Shown here: positions 57,011 to 64,000 of the stretch, in pieces
Position numbering within the stretch: the stretch's first letter is position 1
Layout of the letters: every line of letters begins with the position of its first letter
Made by a program: the position numbers and the translations under genes
Notes under the pieces: generated by a model
Seen by the model: the letters and a program-made list of their open reading frames with translations, nothing else
The model's database searches: none
What the model was told of the DNA's origin: nothing
Assembly (NCBI GenBank): GCA_963804645.1
Contig: CAWDRG010000009.1
Span: 96,001 to 160,000, forward strand
DNA: 64,000 nucleotides
Source: an uncultured Bacillota bacterium
GTDB taxonomy: Bacteria; Sysuimicrobiota; Sysuimicrobiia; Sysuimicrobiales; Segetimicrobiaceae
Direction: 5' to 3'

Positions 57011-58326
57011 CCCTGCAACACCGTCCTCAGCTGGTTCACGATGCCCTCGGCTTGCCCGACCTCGTTCTGATCCTGCCGCAGAAACGTCTCCAGCCCGGCC
57101 GCCACGTGGCGCGCCCGGTCGATCCGCGGATTCGAGCCGGGCGTGTAGGCGCCGATGTTGATCAGATCCTCCGCCTCGCGCAGCGCCGCAAGATGCCCGC
57201 GGACCTCCTGCGCCAATCCGAGATGGTCCGTGCCCACCACGGCCGGCATCACCCGGCTCAGGGACTGGACGATGTCGATCGGAGGAAACCAGCCGCGCTG
57301 GGACAGCGCCCGCGACAGCACGATGTGGCCGTCGAGAATGCTGCGCGTCGCGTCGGCGATCGGATCCATCATGTCGTCCCCGTCGACCAGCACCGTGTAC
57401 AGCGCCGTGATGCACCCGCGCGCGGCCGTCCCGGCCCGCTCCAGCATCCGCGGCAGCTGCGCGAACGCCGAGGGCGTGTACCCGCGGGTCGCCGGGGGCT
57501 CGCCGGCCGCCAGCCCGATCTCCCGCTGGGCCATCATCCACCGGGTCACGGAGTCCATCAGCAGCAGCACGTCCTGTCCCTGGTCCCGAAACCACTCGGC
57601 GATCGCGGTCGCGACGAGCGGCGCCGTCGCGCGTACCATCGGCGGCTCATCGCTCGTGGCCACGACCACCACGCCGCGCGCGAGCCCCTGCGCGGAGATG
57701 ATCTCGAGGAACTCGTTCACCTCGCGGCCGCGCTCGCCGATGAGCGCCGTGACCACCACGTCCGCCTGGGCCGACCGCGCGAGCATCCCGAGGAGCGTGC
57801 TCTTGCCCACGCCGCTCCCGCTCATGATGCCGATGCGCTGGCCCCGCCCCAGCGTGAGGCAGCCGTCGATCGCGCGCACACCGGTCCACAGCGGCGTCGT
57901 GATCCGGGGACGGTCGAGCGGGTTCGGGGGCGATCGCCGGATCGGGGCCCAGTCGCGCCCGACCACCGGCGGCTTCCCGTCCAGCGGGTGTCCGAGCCCG
58001 TTCACCACGCGGCCGAGCACGTCGTCGCCCACCCGGATCGCCAGCGCCCGTCCGAACGGTACGACCTCGGCGCCGGCGCCCATGCCGCTGAGATGGCCGA
58101 GCGCCATCAGTAGGACGCGGCCCTGGCGGAACCCGACGACCTCCGCCTCGATCGCGGGCTCGGTCGGAGACGACTGCACGAGGCACAGATCGCCGACGGC
58201 GACGCCCTCGGGCCCGCGCGCCTCAAGGATCAGCCCCACGATGTCCGTGACCGTGCCGATGACCCGCACGAGCGACGCGTCGGAGACGCGCTGCGGAATC
58301 TCCGCGAGCAGCGGATCAAGATGCAT
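57007..58326 (-). CDS. fliI: Flagellar export ATPase FliI
   Basis: GSGVGKS, ALIGERGREV, MDSVTR, GEPP.TRGY, ERAG, DGHIVLSR. Confidence 0.95.
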   Translation of the reverse strand: MHLDPLLAEIPQRVSDASLVRVIGTVTDIVGLILEARGPEGVAVGDLCLVQSSPTEPAIEAEVVGFRQGRVLLMALGHLSGMGAGAEVVPFGRALAIRVGDDVLGRVVNGLGHPLDGKPPVVGRDWAPIRRSPPNPLDRPRITTPLWTGVRAIDGCLTLGRGQRIGIMSGSGVGKSTLLGMLARSAQADVVVTALIGERGREVNEFLEIISAQGLARGVVVVATSDEPPMVRATAPLVATAIAEWFRDQGQDVLLLMDSVTRWMMAQREIGLAAGEPPATRGYTPSAFAQLPRMLERAGTAARGCITALYTVLVDGDDMMDPIADATRSILDGHIVLSRALSQRGWFPPIDIVQSLSRVMPAVVGTDHLGLAQEVRGHLAALREAEDLINIGAYTPGSNPRIDRARHVAAGLETFLRQDQNEVGQAEGIVNQLRTVLQG

Positions 58327-58999
58327 CGCCGTTCCTCACCAGCGCGGTATGAATCGCCGCGAGCTTGGCGTCGAGACGAGCGTCGACGAGGCCCCGCGAG
58401 GTCTCGACCACGCACCCGCCGCGGACGACGGTGCGGTCCGACCGAACCGTCACGTGCATGCCGGAGTCCCGCTCGAGCGCCTCGCGCACCGGCGCGAGCA
58501 GCGCCGCGTCGTCCGGGTGCAGCCGGAGCACAACCCGGTCGTCCTCCCGGATCGCCTCCAGCGCCGTGCGGACGATGGCCTCGAGGCGCGCCGGATCCGC
58601 GACGATCGCGCCCTGAGCCACGACCCCGGCGATGTGCACGATCGCGTCGACGACGCGGCCGCTGACGCTCGTGAGCAGCTGGTCGCGCGCCTCGGCGATC
58701 TGCGCGACCAGCCCCTGCGCCCGCTCGATCGAGTCGCGCAGCTGCTCGAGGCCCTGGGCCTTCCCCTCGCGCGCGCCCTGCGTGCGCGCCTGCTCGCGCA
58801 GCGCCTCCGCCTCGCGGCGCGCCTCCGCCAGCATCGTCTCCGCCTGCGCGCGCGCGGCGATCAGGATCTGCTCGGGCGTCATCCCGTCGACGATGGCGAC
58901 GTCGGCGATCGGCGGCCGGACGGGCGCGGGCACGACCTGCCCCGTCACGACGGCCCCGCGCACGAGGCGGGACGCGGTTCCGGACAGCACCTTAGACAA
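58316..58999 (-). CDS. fliH: FliH
   Basis: AxxxG repeats, RLHPDD, GGCVVET..G.VDA. Confidence 0.87.
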   Translation of the reverse strand: MSKVLSGTASRLVRGAVVTGQVVPAPVRPPIADVAIVDGMTPEQILIAARAQAETMLAEARREAEALREQARTQGAREGKAQGLEQLRDSIERAQGLVAQIAEARDQLLTSVSGRVVDAIVHIAGVVAQGAIVADPARLEAIVRTALEAIREDDRVVLRLHPDDAALLAPVREALERDSGMHVTVRSDRTVVRGGCVVETSRGLVDARLDAKLAAIHTALVRNGDAS

Positions 59000-59996
59000 C
59001 GAGCTCCTCCTCGCCCCGGACCACGGTGATCTCGCCCGACTCCTCGAGCGCGCGGACGACCGCCACGATCGATCGCCGCGCGTTCTCCACGTCGCGGACG
59101 CGCGTCGCGCCCATCAGCTCCATCTCTTCCTTCACGACCTCCTGGGCGCGCTGGCTCAGGTTCCGCAGCATCTTCTCGCGCACGTCGTCCTGCGCGCCCT
59201 TCAGCGCCGTGGCCACGACCTTGTGCTCCACGTCCCGCAGCACACGCTGCAGCGTCGCGTCGCTCAGCATCAGCAGGTCGTCGAAGACGAACAGCAGCGC
59301 CTTGACCTCGTCCACCAGCGCGGGGTCCCGCTTCTCCAGCTCACCGAGGATGGCGCGCTCGGAGTCGCGGTCGACGCGGGTGATGATGTCGACCAGGGCC
59401 TTCACCCCCCCGGTCGGCTCCGCCGTCAGGGGCATCACGACGACGATCTTCTTCTCGAGCGAGTGCTCGACGCGGCGCAGCAACTCGGGGCTCACCGGCT
59501 GCGCCCGCGCGATCCGGTGGGCGAGATCCGCCTTGACCCCCGCCGACATGGCCTGCAGCGCGCGTCCGGCGACGTCGCTCGGGAGGTAGGACAGCGCCAG
59601 CGCCGCGGCCTGCGGATGCTCGTCCTGCAGCACCGCGGCGATCTGCTCGGGCCGCGCCCGCCGCATCCGGTCGAACATCGCGCTCTGCTTCGGCATCAGC
59701 TGCGCCAGCATGTCCTCGGCGCGCTGCGGCCCAACGGCGCCCTGCAGCAGCTCCCGGTAGTACGACATCCCGCCGCTCCCGCCGAACACCGTGGACCGCC
59801 CGAACTCCTTCAGCACCGCCTCGCGCTCCCCGTTGGGCGCGTTGCCGACGGCCATCATCTCTGCGAGGAGCGGCGCGACATCGTCCTCGTTGAGGTACTT
59901 GAGCACCTGCGCCGCCACGTCGCTCGGCAGCATCAACATGAAGATCGCCGCCTTCCGCCTGCCGGTCAGTCCGTTCGCCGTTGCCGCCGCGCTCAT
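58992..59996 (-). CDS. fliG: Motor switch protein FliG
   Basis: RKAAI, EHPQ, GGVKA, FVFDD, ALKGA, NLSQRA, VENARR. Confidence 0.93.
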   Translation of the reverse strand: MSAAATANGLTGRRKAAIFMLMLPSDVAAQVLKYLNEDDVAPLLAEMMAVGNAPNGEREAVLKEFGRSTVFGGSGGMSYYRELLQGAVGPQRAEDMLAQLMPKQSAMFDRMRRARPEQIAAVLQDEHPQAAALALSYLPSDVAGRALQAMSAGVKADLAHRIARAQPVSPELLRRVEHSLEKKIVVVMPLTAEPTGGVKALVDIITRVDRDSERAILGELEKRDPALVDEVKALLFVFDDLLMLSDATLQRVLRDVEHKVVATALKGAQDDVREKMLRNLSQRAQEVVKEEMELMGATRVRDVENARRSIVAVVRALEESGEITVVRGEEELVV

Positions 59997-61582
59997 CAGT
60001 TCACACCCTCCTGGCCGCCGTTGCCCCACCATGCGCGCACGACATCGGCGCTAACCGCGGGGTTCCGCCGCGCCCACTCGGCGACTTGCTGCGCGAGCGC
60101 GCTGTCGGTCTCCGCGGGCGCCGGGGCGTTCTCGGGCATCACCGGGATCGACACCACGGGTGCCGGGGCCGGCGCGGGCGCGCGCCGGCGGCCGCGCATG
60201 AGGAAGAACGCGAGCGCGCCGATCACGGCGAGGGCGACGCCCCCGCCCGCCGCGAGCATCACCATCGACGGCCCGCTCTTGGCGCCCGCCGCGCCCGTGG
60301 CCGCCGTGAATCCCGCCGCCGCGGTCGACGGGGCGAAGGGAACGCGCGTCACCATGACGCTGTCACCCCGCTTTGGGTTGAGATAGCTGCTCGAGATCGC
60401 CCGCTGGATGTTGTTCGCGGTGGTCAGGCCCACCGAGTTGTCGACGAACACGGTGATCGCGAGCCGATCGATCTGGCCGCCGGGATCGCTGGTCTCGACG
60501 CGCCGCTCACCCTCGTGGTAGTTGGTCGTCTGCAGCGTGCGCTGATACGCGCTCGCCGATCCGGCGGAGGCGGCACCCGCGGCCGGCCCGTAGGTCGGCG
60601 GCTTGGCCGGCGCGCCCGCGCCGGCGGGGCCCGTCCGGCCGGCGGTCGCGGTGCCCGTGGCGCCGACGTTCGGCGCCACGCCGCCCGGTCCGCCGGAGTA
60701 GGTCTCCTGGGTCGACTGCTGGCTGACCGGCACCCCTTGGGTGGGCAGGTCCTCGACCGTCCGCACCTGCGCCGCGCGGATGTCGGCCCGGACCTCGATC
60801 ACGGCCTTGCCGGGGCCGGCGACCGCGTTGACGAGCTCCGCCACCTGGTCGTGGACGCGCTGCTCCGTCGCCTGCTCGACGGTATCCATCTCGGATCCGG
60901 ACACAAACCCGTCGGCCTGCCCCGACCCGGCTGCGAGCAGCCGTCCGTGGTCGTCGGCGACGGAGACGCGATCCGGCGTCAGTCCCTCCACCGCTGAGGC
61001 CACGAGATGCGTGATCGCCCGGACTTCAGAGCTGGACAGCTCCCCGCCCGGCTGCAGCGATACCATCACCGCCGCGTGCGCGGGCCGGTCGTTGCTCGAG
61101 TAGGTGCTGGTCTCCGGCAGCGCCAGCATCACCTGCGCGGAGCGCACCTCGCCGAGGGCTTCCACCGCCTGGGTGAGCTGGCCCTCGAGCGCGCGCATGT
61201 AGTCCACGTGCTCCACGGTGTCGCTCGCGCCGAGCGGCAGGTGGTCGAACAGGCCGAAGCCGACGATCCCGGTCGGCAGCCCTTCGCCGGCCAGCTGGAT
61301 CCGGGTCGCGGCCAGCCGGTCCGGCGCCACGAGAATGCTCGTGCCATCGTCGCTCGGCCGGAACGGGATGTGGTGTGCCTCGAGCGCGGTGATCACCTGG
61401 CTCGCGCCGTCGGGCGTGAGGTTGCTGTAGAGCACGCTCCACTGCGACTGCCGTCCGACCACCGCGAGCGCGGCAAGCACGACGGCCACGGCGACGGTGA
61501 TCGCCAGGCCAAAGCGCCGCTGCGTGGGGGGCACGTTCGCCCACGTCGCGCTCACCGACTGCATCATCTGGTCGACGGACAC
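59996..61582 (-). CDS. fliF: MS-ring protein FliF
   Basis: LYSNL, GFGLFD, RALEGQL, LVASAVEGL..V.V.D..G.LL; two TM segments. Confidence 0.92.
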   Translation of the reverse strand: MSVDQMMQSVSATWANVPPTQRRFGLAITVAVAVVLAALAVVGRQSQWSVLYSNLTPDGASQVITALEAHHIPFRPSDDGTSILVAPDRLAATRIQLAGEGLPTGIVGFGLFDHLPLGASDTVEHVDYMRALEGQLTQAVEALGEVRSAQVMLALPETSTYSSNDRPAHAAVMVSLQPGGELSSSEVRAITHLVASAVEGLTPDRVSVADDHGRLLAAGSGQADGFVSGSEMDTVEQATEQRVHDQVAELVNAVAGPGKAVIEVRADIRAAQVRTVEDLPTQGVPVSQQSTQETYSGGPGGVAPNVGATGTATAGRTGPAGAGAPAKPPTYGPAAGAASAGSASAYQRTLQTTNYHEGERRVETSDPGGQIDRLAITVFVDNSVGLTTANNIQRAISSSYLNPKRGDSVMVTRVPFAPSTAAAGFTAATGAAGAKSGPSMVMLAAGGGVALAVIGALAFFLMRGRRRAPAPAPAPVVSIPVMPENAPAPAETDSALAQQVAEWARRNPAVSADVVRAWWGNGGQEGVN

Positions 61583-61585
61583 GGG

Positions 61586-61882
61586 CTAGACGGCCTCCGA
61601 CATCAGCGACTGATAGGCGCTCACGACCCGGTCGCGGACCTGGGCGAGCAGGCCCACGGCCAGCGTCGCCTCCTGCAGCGTCAGCATGGTCTTGGCGATG
61701 TCGCCGGTGCCGTTGGCGAGCTGGGTCACCTGGGACTCCGCCTGCGTCTCGAGTCCCTCGGCCTGCCCGACGACGCCGCCGAGCATCCCGGCAAAGCCCG
61801 ACTCCGCCGGCCCGCTCGGGCGGGCGGTCTGCAGGTCGGTGGTCGCAACGGGCGCCAGCGTGGGCCCGGAGATCGGCATCAT
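61586..61882 (-). CDS. fliE: FliE
   Basis: F..ML...QVRDRVVSAYQSLM. Confidence 0.88.
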   Translation of the reverse strand: MMPISGPTLAPVATTDLQTARPSGPAESGFAGMLGGVVGQAEGLETQAESQVTQLANGTGDIAKTMLTLQEATLAVGLLAQVRDRVVSAYQSLMSEAV

Positions 61883-62340
61883 GCTTTCCCGATCCCGATC
61901 GCGGCGGTCGCCATGCTCTTGGCGTCCTCGATCGCGGTGACGTTCGCGCGATAGTGCTGCGCGGCGCCCATCAGGTCCACCATCTCGCTGATCGAGGACA
62001 CGTTCGGCTGCTGCACGTAGCCCTGCGAGTCCGCGAGGGGATTGCCCGGGTCGTACGTCTTGCCGCCTTGGGTCGTGTCCGTCCTCACGCCCACGACCTC
62101 GACGCCGGCGCCGGAGGAATCGCCCTGCAGCAGCGGTTCGTCGACCGCCCCCGTAGGGGCCGCGGCCCACACGTCCGACGAGCGCTCCGCGACGATCGCC
62201 TCCTGCCGCTGAAACGGGCCGCCGCCCGGGGAGTTGGTCGTGTCGACGTTCGCGAGGTTGTTGGCGATCAGGGACATGCGAAACCGCTCGGCCGTCATGC
62301 CCGACGCGCTCACCGACATGCTCTGAAACAGCGGATCCAT
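61879..62340 (-). CDS. flgC: Rod protein FlgC
   Basis: SASGMTAER, ANNLAN, YDPGNPLAD..GYV..PNV, EMVDLM.A..Y.AN. Confidence 0.93.
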   Translation of the reverse strand: MDPLFQSMSVSASGMTAERFRMSLIANNLANVDTTNSPGGGPFQRQEAIVAERSSDVWAAAPTGAVDEPLLQGDSSGAGVEVVGVRTDTTQGGKTYDPGNPLADSQGYVQQPNVSSISEMVDLMGAAQHYRANVTAIEDAKSMATAAIGIGKA

Positions 62341-62355
62341 GGCGTGCCTCCTCCG

Positions 62356-62757
62356 CTATCCCATCAGTCCGGTTTTGGCGAGCGTGATCTCGCCGCCCGC
62401 CGCGGTGGAAATGGCCTGGTACGACAGCGCGTTCGCCGCGATCTCCGCCATGGTGGCGTCGGGGTCGACCCCGCTGCCTTCGGATCCCGCCAGCACCGGC
62501 GCGGTGACGATCGTGTCGACGTCAGAGTCCGACGTGGCCGCCGTGGAAATCGGCGCGGCGCTCGCATCGGGCGGGCGGAGGGACAGAGTCTGGTCGAGCG
62601 TGTCGGCGAAAGACGTCGTATCGACGTCGCGCGCGACGAACCCCGGCGAGTGCGCGTTCGCCAGGTCGTTGGCGAGGACTTGCTGCCGGAACGCGTGCAG
62701 TGACAGCGCCCGTGCCACTTCGGTTAAGCCTGGGATCATCATCGCACCGTCAACCAT
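62356..62757 (-). CDS. flgB: Rod protein FlgB
   Basis: RQQVLANDLANAHSPGF.ARDV...VD.D..MA....NALSYQ; first gene of the rod operon; start uncertain. Confidence 0.85.
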   Translation of the reverse strand: MVDGAMMIPGLTEVARALSLHAFRQQVLANDLANAHSPGFVARDVDTTSFADTLDQTLSLRPPDASAAPISTAATSDSDVDTIVTAPVLAGSEGSGVDPDATMAEIAANALSYQAISTAAGGEITLAKTGLMG

Positions 62758-62813
62758 AGCGAGCCCGCCCGTGCGAGACAATCTGCAAACGCCTATTCAC
62801 TTGCGTACTGCCC

Positions 62814-64000
62814 TTAGTCCGCGGCGGGACCCTCGACGCGTGCGGTGCGCTGCGCGGACGCCAGTGCCGGCGCGCTTCCAATGTGCTGCACGTCCGGGAC
62901 GTCCGGCACAGCCTGCAGCGGGGCCGCGGGTGCGGTGCCGTTGCGGGTGGGCGGGGTGGAACCGGGCAGCATCGCGACGAGCGCGAACACCGCGCGCGCC
63001 TGCTCGAGGACGCTGCTGGCGTCGGTGATTTGTCCGGAGGACGTGTGCAGGTCCGCGAGGACCACGAGGCTCTGGGCCTCGGTCAGCGCGTCGCCGGCCT
63101 CGTGCGCCACCGCGCGGGCGTATCCGATCTGGGCGAACGCTTCGTCGATCCGCCCCTGCCGGCGCGCCGCCTGCCCCAGGTGCAGGCGCGTGACCGCCTC
63201 CTGCCGCTTGGTCGCCAAGGCCTCGCGCAGCATCAGCGCGTGCTGATTGGCATTGACCGCGCCTGCCAGGTTCCCGTGGCTCTCGGCGGTGATCGCCTGC
63301 GCTTCCCACAGTTCCGCCGCCTGCTGGGGCGCGAGCGAGGCCATCGCCTCCTCGAGCTGCGCCTCGAGGCCGTCGCTGCCGTCGCCCTGCGCCAGCGCGA
63401 CGCAGATCAGCTCGGCCACGCAGCGCGCGCGCAGGCCCGGCCAGGAGTCACCCATGCTGGCCAGCGTCGTGATCAGCGTCTGCTGGGCCCGGGGATGATC
63501 GCCCTTCGCGTGCAGCGCCACGGCCAGCGCGTAGCGACTCTGGGCCACCGCCTGCGCGTGCCCGAACCGCGCCGCCTCCGTCTGCGCCGCGGTCAGCTCG
63601 GTCTCATACTGCGGGGTCCACCGGCGCTGCACGCGCGCCGACGCGAACTCAAGACGGGCGAGCGCGGTGCGGGACGCATCCGAGGCGGTCACCGCGAGGG
63701 CCTCGGCGGTCTCAAACAGGCGCTGCGCGGTCTCCAGGTCGCCCGCGGCGCGCCGGATCCTCGCGCGCAGCAGCACGCAGTCGATCTCGGCCTCGTCCGG
63801 GCCGCCCTGCTCCAGGAAAAATCGGATGGGCTTCCCGACGCGGCGCGCGATGTGCGACAGCACCCGACGGGTGGGGTTCACGCGGCCGGACTCGATCCGG
63901 TGGATGGTGACCGGATCGACCTCGCCGCCCGCGAGCTGTGCTTGCGTCAGCCCAGCCTCCAAACGCGACTGTCGAACCTTGTCCGCGAGCGAGGCTGTTG
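62814..64000 (-). CDS. XRE-family HTH regulator with TPR repeats (RRNPP-like architecture), start lies beyond the window
   Basis: Frame stays open to the window end (SLADKVRQSRLEAGLTQAQLAG..IHRIESGRVNP..L.HIA), followed by TPR-like helices. Confidence 0.8.
   Translation of the reverse strand, partial: TASLADKVRQSRLEAGLTQAQLAGGEVDPVTIHRIESGRVNPTRRVLSHIARRVGKPIRFFLEQGGPDEAEIDCVLLRARIRRAAGDLETAQRLFETAEALAVTASDASRTALARLEFASARVQRRWTPQYETELTAAQTEAARFGHAQAVAQSRYALAVALHAKGDHPRAQQTLITTLASMGDSWPGLRARCVAELICVALAQGDGSDGLEAQLEEAMASLAPQQAAELWEAQAITAESHGNLAGAVNANQHALMLREALATKRQEAVTRLHLGQAARRQGRIDEAFAQIGYARAVAHEAGDALTEAQSLVVLADLHTSSGQITDASSVLEQARAVFALVAMLPGSTPPTRNGTAPAAPLQAVPDVPDVQHIGSAPALASAQRTARVEGPAAD

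Noticed and set aside
44179..61582. Injectisome (non-flagellar T3SS)
   Set aside because: Rod, hook, filament, stator and C-ring genes make it flagellar.
1..64000. CRISPR arrays, tRNA/rRNA genes, transposases, integrases or prophage genes
   Set aside because: None recognised by eye; covariance-model searches were not run, so small RNAs could be missed.

Overview
High-GC bacterial chromosomal segment in two parts. About 1-29.4 kb is a metabolic/accessory region: a Dpp/Opp-type ABC importer with a divergent amidohydrolase, a patatin-like phospholipase, P5C dehydrogenase, a class I aminotransferase, CtaG, PyrB, IlvD, arginase, a beta-lactamase-fold serine hydrolase, an orphan ParB/Srx protein, SurE, FAD oxidoreductases and an acyl-CoA synthetase. 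It also holds a tandem pair of tiny secreted paralogues, a divergent ATP-grasp-like protein and three gene remnants (malate synthase, sugar ABC permease, adenylate cyclase). About 29.4-64 kb is one minus-strand flagellar supercluster of about 39 genes, flgB to fliS plus a glycosyltransferase and a second fliL, preceded by an XRE-HTH/TPR regulator. The flagellar system is atypical: a lytic transglycosylase is fused to a FliK-like hook-length protein, FlgJ has no muramidase domain, FliM lacks the CheY-binding N-terminus with no che/flhF/flhG genes in the cluster, FlgH has no lipobox but a C-terminal hydrophobic tail, sigma28 is shortened and divergent, and the exported axial proteins are charge-depleted and Gln/Thr-rich. 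All calls come from motif recognition by eye; no database searches were run.
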